Shown one piece after another: positions 51,301 to 62,200 of a stretch of 64,000 bases of DNA. The notes beneath the pieces are model-generated. The model made no database searches. It saw nothing but the letters and a program-made list of their open reading frames with translations, and was not told the DNA's origin. The DNA is taken from positions 14,352,633 to 14,416,632 of the forward strand of contig OZ037769.1 in assembly GCA_964035545.1 (NCBI GenBank). Direction: 5' to 3'. The DNA is from Bugula neritina (lineage: Eukaryota; Animalia; Bryozoa). Both the position numbers and the translations under genes were made by a program. Each line of letters opens with the position of its first letter. The first letter of the stretch is position 1.

Positions 51301-54300
51301 GATGAAAGGGTTCTTGCTAAATCAGGCTAAGGACTTATTCAGATGAGACACAAGAGCAATTATGACCGGATGTTCTTCCTAGCATCACCAATGGCCTTTA
51401 CTAGAGCTCAAATCCATGACCTCGTGTTTACTATAGGCAAACGCTCTAACCCCTAGATATCAGCTGCTCCCTATACCAGAGTGTATATAGTTTAAGCAGA
51501 AAACACTGTAGGAGGTGATTTGACTCACCCTTATTGCTCTTAGGCTTTTCTGTAGGAATCTCGGCTACTTCAACCAACACACATTTCTCCAACTTCTTGC
51601 GGTAAATTTCCTGTAACTTTTCCAAACCAGATTTTCTACTTCCTTCCGTACCTGACTCAGCATTATTTGAAACAGCTCTTTCGATTGGTTGAACTCGAGT
51701 GTTATGACTAATTAACTTGCCAGTAAATATCTTCATATTGCCTGCAACATGTCAAACATTGAATCTTCAGTGACTAGTATATTTTATGCCACTCTGTTTG
51801 AACAGAGATAAGAAGATGCAGTTACCTGAGTGAGCTGGTTGACAATGCGTGGAAATTACTGCAGAGAGATGATGAACAGATGATGGGTTCACTGTAGAAA
51901 GAGTTGCCGTGTTTACAGTCAGTGGTTTGAGTACATAGTGCGTACCGTCAACTTTGCTGTCTAGTATCTGTAACACAGTCAAATGATTGTGACGTAAAAG
52001 AAGACAATAACATAAATCTTTAAGAAAGCTTACAACTTACTACCTCTCACTAACATTGCAGGTGTAGTGAAATGTGACCATGTTACATTGTCTTTCAACA
52101 AACTCCTGGGCAAATTAACCATTTAAAAGTAGTTAAAACTTTCAACTTTTGTGAACATCTAGGTTTAAGAATAAGCTCATCAAATATATTACAACATAAA
52201 GAATATTATTATATTATAATTAATATTTATGCTTCAAAAATAGAATTAGTTATCGCCCAGATGACTAACCATCACAGAATTGCTAGCTGCGAGTTTGACC
52301 AATAAGCTGTGAAGCTCTGCTAAGTTTTCTGACGAGGATTTCCATCCATCTATGGAGTTATCTCCCAAACTACACAGAGTTTGAGAGATGTCTTTCTTGA
52401 ATTTGGGTGAAACGGAACTTCGAGTCTTTCTCTGGCAGACTGAATCCATATTTGTAATGGTACAAAAGAAATTCATATTGTTCTCCAGGTATTCCAGCTT
52501 GATCATATTTGATGGGGCAACTCCCAATGAGTACAAATATTCAACTGACAATTTGCTACAAAATAAAAATAATAAAATTTAAAATACAGTTTACGCCTTA
52601 TGGAATCAGAAAGGCTCAAGTTTATCAGCCTTGTCGAAATTTACAGAAGGATAAAAATGTCCAAAGTGATTAAGCTTTCACCTTTAATCTAATTTCAGAC
52701 ATAAAAAACATTAAAAGACCTATTGATTTCTACACTAATAATCTCACCATATTTTTGACATCGATATGACATCTAAGTTGACTAGAACATTGTTGTCACT
52801 TGAACATATCTTTATTTGTTGAAAAGAACCTGCGGGCACCTGCCGATTGCATAACAAGTGGCATATTTGTTCTTCGACAGGTGTGACAGGTGCTTCACTG
52901 TGCTCAGCATTGTGCAGGATAGAAGATAGCATCTGCAAATGAAAATGCAGACAGACTAACGATGATAATTTAGACAAGTGATGCACTGAAAACTTGTTTT
53001 GATTTTATTTTAAATAAATCAATAAGTCTTCACTTGAAGCAACACTAGCATCAAACATATTTTAAATATGCTTTGCCTAACTTTTAGCAAATAAGAAAAT
53101 TAGATAAAATATAATAAGGGTATACTTTGCTTAAATTATATCATTTAAAGACAACAGCATTAGGTAATCATAAAAAATATACTAATTAAACTTTATCAAC
53201 AAGGAAAGGAAAATAACTTACGAACTTAGCAAAACCTCTCAAAGTTATTTTATACATATGTCATCATGTTTTACATATTACATAGAACACACACTACACA
53301 TTGCTCATGTATAAGAACACCCGCAGTATTATATTTATTTACGCATAACAAGAAGTGTTTACATTATATTATGTATTTAGTGACAGATATAGTGTTGATC
53401 TCCTCACCAGTTTGCTGGCAGACACTGACATCTGCACTATGTCTGAGATGTGAAGTAACTGACCACCTAACTTCTGTAGAGACGGTCTGTAGAGATCAAG
53501 GAAACTATTCATCTGCAATAAAAACAAACAGGAAGTAGATTACCATGTGGCATTGTGGGACTGCTGACAGAGTGTCTTGCGTCTGGACAGCAACTGCTAT
53601 CAAGCCATGTATAATTTTATACATAAGCTTCATAAGACATAAACACAGTCATTTCAACTAAAGTGGGCGTCGGCCATGAGAAGAGAAGGCATATATTATA
53701 ATGCCAAAAATTTCTGTAAGAGTTTTGAAAAGATACAATAAAATGTTTGCAACATGTTGGAGAGAGATACTAAGCATGTGAAATGAGAGCACAGCTTCCC
53801 CATTTGCATTCACAATACAAGTATAGAAAACTTTCTACAGAAAATAACGAATGTATAGTAACTACTTTTTGGCTTTTAGGATCCTTCAACGCCTACTATT
53901 TCGGCGAAAGCATGAGATTTACTGAATAAATTTAGCATAAAATAAGGTCATCAAAAACAAACCCCATCAGAAGATATATGTAAGTAATTTATGGGGCATT
54001 TCAGTATTATAACAACTTCTGATTAGAAGCTTTGTAATGATGCACGGGTTGTAGAATATGATATGTTAAAGAGGTTATCAATCAGACTGAGTACCAGAGA
54101 GGTTAGCAATTAGACTGAGTACCAGGGAGGTTATCAATTAGACTGAGTACCAGAGAGGTTTTGGCTAAATCAGAGTGTATCCAGTAAAGCCCGATTTCTT
54201 TTTCTCTCCACTTTTCCTGAGCACTACGAGACAGTATACAGTTGACTAGATGAGTGGGTCTGGTACACGACTGCCCCGTAAAATGTGTCAGAGCTGCAAT

Positions 54301-56338
54301 AGAACTCGGGCAATATTGGAAGTTGAAGACGAAGTTCCTAATTGATGAGGTAGTGTGGGACGGGCGTGAAGCTCTTCCTCTGATCTGCTTCACAGGAGAG
54401 GAAATAACTGGCAACTCCCACTGTGTGAGAAAAAAAATCAAAGTAAGTTTGATATAAATAAGAAATGGTTTTAGACTATCAATAGAATATTAATTCTTTA
54501 TTTAAATAGAATCACACAACACCAAAATAGAAATAGTGTTGTTTGTGCCATGAATATATCATATTCAAGAATCAAAACCCTAGGAAACCAGCCTCACATA
54601 CAAGAGATACAAATTGACTACAGAACAATTCCACTCCACATAATATGTCAATGTCCAAACATGGGGCAGAGCTTTTCCTAAAGTTGAAAACTCCAACAGA
54701 TTCAATCAAATAGTTGAGAGTCTGAGCGGATACAGTGAGCTAACCTGAAAGTCTTCAATGAGGGCACACAGAACATTAGAATATAGAGCTGCGAGAGGTC
54801 TTTGTTGGGAATCCTCGGAGTTGTCTTCTTCATTGTGTCTAGTTTTCCGTGGAGTAGCTACGAGAGTTGACTGTCTAACCAGCTCACGCTCTGCAACATT
54901 CAGTCAACACACTAGGAATTCATGATCTTCAAGGTGGGATTGAAATGTGGCTAACTTTATAGATGTATGTCAAGTTTACTAGCTAGAGCGGACTATGTTA
55001 GGACAATTCCTAAAAGTTGTGGGTGAAACAAAAATAGTTGAGTGAATAATAAAAAATGTGAAGCGAAGCTAAATTGTTTCACATTAGCCTCTTAGAACAT
55101 TGTAGCAATACGTTGCCTAAACTATACCATTCAATAAAACAAGTAAAATTGTTGGAAATCTAGCAGCTGAATAAACGCTGTTTCAAAAACTCAAAAGTTA
55201 TTAGTTTCAACCATATGATGAAAAATTGGAGTAACAGTGATAAGTCTAGACGCTAACGATGTGCTAAGGATGCAGGTTCAGAGTTTACAAGCTTGTGATT
55301 GCATTACTAGAGGAGAACTGGCATAGAGAGAGAAAAATATATGATTGACACGACATAATGGGAAGAGGTTATAAATGCAATACCTGTGCCTTTAGTTATT
55401 CAAAGCTTTTTCACCAAGTATTTAGACTGAAAAAGACTGGAACTATTTTTGGCAGCCCAAAAACAAAGTTTGTTTGAAAATTTATAGTCACACAATTTGT
55501 GAAAAATATACTTACAACATACTATTGGACATTATTCATCAATTTGAAACCTCTTTTCCGACATAGCTGCATGCATACTAAATTAAAAAATTAATAGCAA
55601 AAATCTAGAAAGGGCTAGAACTAGATGATATTACCGAGACGGTGTTCAAACTCTTCGAAAGTTTCCAAGTTGAATTCCTTCCACTTGCTGTGTCTGTGAG
55701 CAGCAAGTGGAGATGACTCGAGGTTGTACAGTCTGTAGCCCCAGCGCACCTGCCTGCAGTCACTTCTATGACAGAGACTGGAGAGTATACGCAGGCATGA
55801 TAGCCTGAGAATAGCTATAAACCTTTTCTGTTCTACATGCGACTGCCTGAGAATATTGCTATCAATGAGGAACACAGCCTACAAAACATTCATTCACTTT
55901 TAGATTCACAGCAAGGTATCTAAAAGCTTGCCTTACCAACACAAAACCTGTCATAGTATTGAAAATAGGTCGTTTAGTCTTGCGAATGAGCATTCCTCTA
56001 GCAAGTCAGATGGCAAGTGCAGCCTTTCTCAAATAGCGTTAGTTCTAGTATATATTTTTAGCATCAGAAGGTGTTAGTGAAGTTACGCCCCAAACCAAAT
56101 AATAGAACCTTAAACTAAGTAACTCAAGACTTCTGCATCCAACAGAAAGTTGAAGCACCTCACATGCAGTTTCCCTTTAACAACATCACTACTTCTAATC
56201 CCAGTTGCATTTATATGTTTGCCGTAACGCTAGCATATAACACAGAGATAAGAGAACTAGTTCATGTGTATAGCCATATTGCATCTCTACATTGCTCACC
56301 TGCAGAGTGTGGCTGGGTGATTCAGATCCTGAGGACAT
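36662..56338 (-). CDS. TICRR: Treslin (TopBP1-interacting replication initiation factor), 23 exons, ~1445 aa
   Basis: Exons 56300-56338, 55635-55878, 54745-54890, 54151-54420, 53408-53512, 52748-52932, 52270-52555, 51826-51967, 51529-51741, 51036-51218, 50410-50552, 49669-49827, 48869-48987, 48357-48593, 47728-47885, 47096-47173, 46493-46660 (or 46687), 45684-45911, 42787-42989, 41744-42109, 41381-41542, 37734-37911, 36662-36987; phases join in frame (4338 nt). Treslin_N signature (VFLID..LRIL..VRWGYRLYN..FEEFE, DFQWELP.ISSPVK), KVKRDLF, TopBP1-binding CDK sites VAETP and VVEESP, SP/TP-rich tail. The last exon is the least certain. Confidence 0.92.
37247..37549. mobile_element. 303-bp MITE with ~55-bp TIRs and TA target duplication, in the last TICRR intron
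   Basis: Left CCCCTCATTCACACTTACCGTACCGTAGGCTGTAACGTAAAATATCAGCCATTTT versus right reverse complement CCCCTCATTCACACTTACCATACCGCAGGCCGCAACAGCAAATATCGGCCATTTT; TA at 37245-37246 and 37550-37551. Confidence 0.9.
38004..41226. mobile_element. 3.2-kb TIR DNA element of unassigned superfamily in TICRR intron 21
   Basis: Left TGTGACCTCCCACCACAAAACAGGGAAC versus right reverse complement TGTGACCCATCGCGACAAAACCGGGAAC; flanked by TA/TA (or ATAT/ATAT if the ends are 38005 and 41225); fills almost the whole intron. Confidence 0.8.
38900..39488 (-). pseudogene. Decayed spliced coding remnants inside the 38004-41226 element
   Basis: Segments with splice-like borders, 39303-39488 (MMELVDEVLFGMSPTQLKSMLHITYHSYTC..YSFC*LYSKK) and ~38900-39072 (V*VAIDEQGRFIVAAS/LTTGISFVAAIKLLVMCLYSINSRYEE), carrying stops and a frameshift. 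Confidence 0.4.
42614..42786. repeat. GACA/GAGA-based compound satellite abutting a TICRR donor
   Basis: Repeated acagacagacagag and gacgtacagac units directly next to the donor at 42786. Confidence 0.85.
45287..45332. repeat. (AT)n microsatellite
   Basis: Uninterrupted AT run of about 45 bp. Confidence 0.95.
46646..46698 (-). repeat. 27-bp tandem duplication spanning a TICRR acceptor
   Basis: Minus strand TGTTTTCTCAG|ATATTAAGAGATCTC then TGTTTTCTCAG|ATGTTAAGAGATCTC. Confidence 0.85.
49828..50045. repeat. ~28-33-bp minisatellite (about 7 units) abutting a TICRR acceptor
   Basis: CAGTGTATACATGTACAGCAACACACTA units starting at the acceptor at 49828. Confidence 0.9.
54071..54160 (-). repeat. 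28-bp tandem triplication spanning a TICRR donor
   Basis: GAGGTTATCAATTAGACTGAGTACCAGA-like unit x3; each copy carries CTG|GTACTC on the minus strand. Confidence 0.88.
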
Positions 56339-56488
56339 GAGTTGATTAGTCAGTCATCTAATAAAAGTGTTAAACAAGCTTAGATACGTCTTTAAAATTC
56401 TAGATTACACAAAACACTGAGATGTTTTTACAAGTTGAAAGCGATTATCTACACATTAACAATAGGCTTTTATATATGGAACTGAGGC

Positions 56489-56850
56489 ATGGCCAGTAAT
56501 GGGTCACTTAAGACAGGGAGGGTTGGAGTCTGTGAGATGAAAATGCTGAGATACTGCCTGGAGGAACATGGCACAAATGAGAACACCGGAGAAAAGAAAA
56601 ATGTCATAAATACAATTGAACTGATCAGGAAAAGAAAGCTAAACTTGCTTCAAAATGTGTGCCAGAGAGATAAAAATGAAGACATGAAGAGAGCGTGTGA
56701 GACGGGAGTGTGTGAGATGCAAATAGGGGAAAGGAGAAATCAAGGTAGGCCAAAGCGTAAGTGGGAAGAAACCTCAAAAAAAGACGTCGAAGTCTGTTAC
56801 TTGAAGCAAAAAAATACTCAACATGCGATAGGTAGAAATGTCTGGTGGCA
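56489..56850 (+). mobile_element. RTE-clade non-LTR retrotransposon 3' fragment, degenerate, upstream of the first TICRR coding exon
   Basis: EMKMLR...IRKRKL...GERRNQGRPKRKWEE..KKD...AIGRNVW matches the post-RT C-terminal motifs of RTE elements (EMKMLR, G.R.RGRPK.RW.D, A.DR..W). Confidence 0.8.
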
Positions 56851-57622
56851 TTTAGGTTTCGACAAGTATTTACTAACCATACTGAACAAGGCGGAAACAG
56901 GTAAGAACCTAATTGGTTATAAATTAAAATCATGATTAATAAAATTTTCAACAAAATCATTTGTTGTCACCGAAATTTGGTTATGCATGTAGAGTTAACC
57001 CCCAGTTCTTACTTTTTATTATTAGAGTTATTTATAGCCATGAAGGATATAGTGATAACTCCTTTTGAACTACTTCAAGTCATTAAATTGTTAAAGTTAT
57101 TATAATTAATACCTAATCTTTTAAATTTAACGTATTACATTTACTATGACTATCCATTATCATTATTCCAAACATCTTATTCTTATGATTGTGTACCTCA
57201 AATTCATTTAATTTGATTACCAATACTCACACCCCGATACTGAGACCCGAGAGTTAAAGTGACTGACTGTGTATGTTAAAAACCAAAAGTAAAAGTATAA
57301 AGTTAAACCTAAACTATAACTATAAGACTAAGTAACTGTGAAGTAACTAGTAACTTACTCTTAGTCTTAGTGTTACTACAAGTACAACACCAACCGTAAC
57401 TCAAAATCAAACTCAAACTATGAGTACAACAGTAAATCAATAACACTTACACTAACACTCTAACAGTAAGTTAGTGAGTAAATGTAACTCAAACTGTAAC
57501 TATAACTATAACTAAGTATAAGTATTACTACTATTACTTATAGTATAAGTATGATTATATCTAGACTATAGTCTATAACATTAACACTAACTGTACATTT
57601 TCATTTTGATTTACTAAAAGTA

Positions 57623-57685
57623 AATAGTATTAAATTAAATTGTAAAACTAAATCATTTAGTTTTACAATTTAATTTAATACTATT
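57623..57685. repeat. Perfect AT-rich palindrome, 31-bp arms with 1-nt spacer
   Basis: AATAGTATTAAATTAAATTGTAAAACTAAAT-C-ATTTAGTTTTACAATTTAATTTAATACTATT. Confidence 0.95.
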
Positions 57686-57839
57686 ATTATTATTGATGTA
57701 TTCATGATGGTTATCATTATCATTATGAGAATCATAATCATAATGAGTTAATTATAATGATAATGATTTATAATGTTGATCATCATCATGATGTCGATGA
57801 TAATAAATATAATAATTAATTATTTGATAAATTAATTTA

Positions 57840-58050
57840 ACTTAGAGTTAGAGTCTAACAGTAAGTGTAACACTAACTTTAAATTTAAATACAACCTAAA
57901 CCTAACAGTGTGAGTGTTACTAACAGTAACAGTAAGTGTAACAGTAACACTAACACTAACAGTAACACTAACAGTAAGAGTAAGTGAGTAAGTGTAACAC
58001 TAACAGTAACAACTACAAGTAGTGAGTTCAAGTACAAGTAACAAGTAAAT
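57840..58050. repeat. Degenerate hexamer repeat (TAACAG/TAACAC/TAAGTG); similar tract at 57290-57600
   Basis: taacagtaacagtaagtgtaacagtaacactaacactaacagtaacactaacagtaag. Confidence 0.8.
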
Positions 58051-58329
58051 TGGGCTTCAAACGCAATGGTAAGTGAAATGATAGAGAGCTCGAAACAGCA
58101 TTCTGCTCTAATGTTTATGCATAACACTAATTTATACATATATTTCTACTTTTATAATATTAATTTTATTATCTTGTCTTAAGGTTAAAGTTAATCGTAA
58201 TGTGCCGCGCTGAACTTTGAGAAAGTCCTACAAAGCCAATAAGAAACTACATTCCAAAAATATATTTTCACGCTTTATTGTTCGAAACAGTTTAATCTTT
58301 TAAGTAAGGACAACTCTTAAAAACAAAAT

Positions 58330-58560
58330 CAACCTGCATTAGCCCGGGAATACTCACGCTCGCGCAAGAAAAAAGTACACGCGCGCTCTTGTATCGAGTG
58401 TTTCGTTGCGACATTAAACATTGATACAATCGCTAGATGCAGCATAAAATTTGAAACCTCTAGGGGTCATGCTTAAATTGTTGTCTGATCTTCATATATT
58501 GGACTGAATCACCGCACTCAGTGACCACTAACTATGAGCTGCTTCAGGTGAGTTTCTCTT
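58330..58560. promoter_or_regulatory. Candidate bidirectional promoter shared by TICRR and LTA4H
   Basis: CpG-rich patch; outward-facing GTGAGT donors at 58357 (-) and 58548 (+); E2F-like TTCCCGGG and TTGCGCG on the minus strand at 58341-58368; CHR-like TTTGAA at 58450-58455. Confidence 0.6.
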
Positions 58561-59234
58561 AACTCGATGAGCGCAAAATTATCATTTAAAAACTAAAAAC
58601 AAAGGAAGTGTGTACTATTACCTACCAGCGTACTCTTGTGTACTACATCGGCCATTGCACTTTGTAGAGTTGTGCAAGGAAGATTCGAAACTTTAAGTTC
58701 TATCTGAGAGTAAGTACATTAATTCATTATTTAATTATTTATTCAAATAGATACAAACTTTAATCTGTTGGTCATTGACATTAGCCTTAGGAAAAACCAA
58801 ATAACTTTCTACTTTTTAATGGTTCTGCAGTGACTAAATTCTCGCAACAAATCACCGATATCCCAAAGTTATAGTATAAATAATAAATATTATATTTTTA
58901 TTGTCAATAACTATAAGTATTTACTTATAGTCAGTGGGTTTTATGCTAAGATGATTTTAATTAATTAATTTAATTATAATCATTGCTGTTATCAATTTAT
59001 TTCCATTAGAATGAGTGCCTGACTTTAAGTTTAATACTTGCGACTACCAATAATACTAATATACTAAATTTTTTTGCCGCCAACAGTTGGATTTTTGTAA
59101 TCAGTAATCAGAACTGTTTTTGATTAACACTTACTCACTTAATTTTACACTGTACAAATAATAACAGTAGTAATTGTTCAAGTTTCTGTGCAGCGTGTCA
59201 CATTTTCTAGTTGCAGAAAGCCCACTCTTTCACC

Positions 59235-62200
59235 ATGTCAGCTTCCAATGCACTAAGCCCTGGTGACCCCAGCTCATTCTCCAGACCTGACCAGTGTGTC
59301 ATCACTGACATCTCATTAGATGTCAAAATTGATTTTGATCGTAAAGTTGTTCACGGAACAGCTACTTATAAGTGCAAGAAGGTGCTTGCTGGAGCAGATT
59401 CACTGGTAAGGAGTGATTCAACTTTCTGTTGATTTAGGTTTAGATTGCCTTCAAATGCCTTTGTGCTAATCAATTTCATTAGACTTAAACTTGTTTGTGT
59501 AAATTTGTCTTACATATTTGATTTGGTTGATTGCATTTTTTCCAACAGAAACAAGACTTCTGTTGATGACATGCATATAAAATCAAGTTCAAGCTCATTT
59601 AATGAGTTGCTAAATTTCACACTTCTTTTTCATTGCAGTAATAATAGTTTATTGTAGACCATGCTTGAAAAAGCTTATTAGAGTTTATTGCAAATGTATA
59701 TTGTTTTCATTTTTTTCATTTATATTGAAAGAATTCAATAGTGGAACCAACTGACTGCATGTTTGTAAAGTAAGAAATGAACAGACTACTAAGTTATATG
59801 AACTATTACTAGATTCTGGACACAGACCAACTAACTATATGCAAAGTCTACTGCAAACAAACCTCTCAAGACCTCCAGTTCTCAGTAGGAGAACCTGTCG
59901 GCAAGTTTGGCTCTAAACTTCAAATCACTCTGCTTACATCATTTCCTGATGATGGAGAGTAAGTACTCGATAATTAGTATATTTCATAAATACTTCAACT
60001 TAAGTTTCTCTAAACTATCAATTATTTTTTTTGTGATTAGAAGCCTGTGAATCATGAAAATCAATCCTCTAAAAGCCTGGCCATACACTGGTGAAAATCA
60101 AACAAAACTCTTGTGAATATTTTCGTGAGTTATTCTCTCGTTATGACCAGCCACACGTTTGTCGGATAGAACACATAATAAATAGTCCGTGAATGAGTCT
60201 TGCACGAGATACAAATAGCAGAAGATTGCCAGACATGGAAACGTGATAGAACTGAAATAATCCCTGTTGCTAGAATTCTATTGACCAGTCAAGTGGTGCT
60301 TATTGTCAATTGCGCTCTTTCGCCCATCTTTTTCGGTGGGTGCACCCAGCGAACATGGTTTAGTATGAATTATCTCAAATTTGATTGTACGTCTTGTTTT
60401 TTCATGTAAAAAAGACGATTTCATGTGATTCTTACGAGTGTGTGGCCAGGCCTTCAATGTTTCTTCAGTTTCTTAAACCCTTTACTTTTCTCTGGTAGCT
60501 TTTCAATCAGTTAAATATGTGACAATCACTAAGAAGCTATTCTTTAAATAATCGGTGATCAGTAGTGTAAAGTATTTTCGATTTGCTGTTAGGTTACTTC
60601 AACTTACGTAGTTCTGAAATTATTGATTGTCTTTTAACCGTTGTCTTCCCCATTTGTTGTGTAACTCTTTTCAAGTTGTTGTATTATTTACTTTTGTGGT
60701 TTCATATCATCTTCTGAACCTACAGAGTACACTCAATGCATTTGGCTGGTTTGGCTACAAGGGAATGAAACCCTTGGCCATATTGTGTTTCATCAGCTAA
60801 GCCGTGTAAGTTGTGGTTTGCAGGTGCTAACAAAGAAGTCACCTTGTTTGTGCAAGAATAAGTGCATTTCTACTGCTCAGGCTTTTTGTACCGATTTTCA
60901 CACTTCTGTATCATAAGTTTAAGGACAAAAGCTCATTTGTTAGTCTTAACATTCCTTTTCTGAATGTAGCATGTGGTCTAATTACTTTTCAACTCTAAAG
61001 CTACTTGAACAATGTCTATTGTTGGCTGCAGTCATTAAAGTGTTTTTTTAAATGTCAAATTAGCTTTGGGCATGCAGTTCTATTATCATTGACTATGTTC
61101 ATAATTTAATGTATCAAGTCAAAGTTTTTATTTTGTTCTAAAAATACTACAATCCAAACAACAGCTTCCTTACTGGGTATTGTGTAAGGTTAAATGGTAT
61201 GTTTTTACCGTTTTTATGTCTTCTCACATTTAAAAATACATTTCACAGTATGCCAGCAGTTGGTCAGTACTAGTCTGAGGGCAGACAATTCCTGCAAAAC
61301 TTTTGAGAAGTTGTAAAGCTTTCTAATGGTGCCCAAAAGTGTTGGCTAGTGATACTGATTTCAACCAACTCAGTGTATTGTATGCTGTGATAATGTATTT
61401 ATCAATGTGGAAAGGCAGTTCTTTTCAAAAGATTATCTTTTATTCTTCCATAATGAATTTTTAGCACAGCTTTGCTTTCCCAGCAACACCCAATCTATAT
61501 TTCTGAAGCAAATTGCAATTTCATTAAATCTCAAAAGCGCTTAGTGTCCCGAAAGCTTCAATTTTTTTGACAAAATTTTTCAACACACTTTTTTCAATTT
61601 ATCGTATTATTACTGGTCCAATTGTTTAACTAGATTTGAAATATGTGTGGACTATGAGAACTCGCCTGCTGCAACTGGACTACAGTGGATGCCTGCCAAT
61701 CTGACTGCCGGCAAACGTCAGCCATACTTGTACAGTCAGCTTCAGTCTATATTTGCCAGAACTGTGCTGCCCTGTCAAGATACACCGTCTGTCAAGCATA
61801 CCTACAGTGCCAGGGTAATCTGTGATGCTCTTTGTGTTGATGTTAAAAATTATAGCCTAGGTGCCTTTATGGGTTTTGCTGAACTTATTTTTCAATAAAT
61901 TTAATAGTTCACCATTATGTTAGTTCACCAATGTTTTGACTCTTCAGTTTTGCGTTCAACTAATAGCATTGACTGTCAGCTTGCATATGTGACTTAAATT
62001 TTGACTGAAGTAATATTTTAAAAAAGGCTATGAAATGTAGCCATCTTTCTGCATTCCTAATATTGGATAGTGTCTTTAGGTTTTGTTAGTAGAATTGACT
62101 GTAGCTGTTCTTATATTATTTCTGTACCTAGGTAACTGTAGACAAGGCATTGACTGTACTTATGAGTGCTGTACCTTCACCCAAAGAACCAGCTCCAAAT

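Noticed and set aside
56489-56935. Host protein-coding gene
   Set aside because: Degenerate RTE retrotransposon tail lacking the RT domain and the conserved W.GHV motif.
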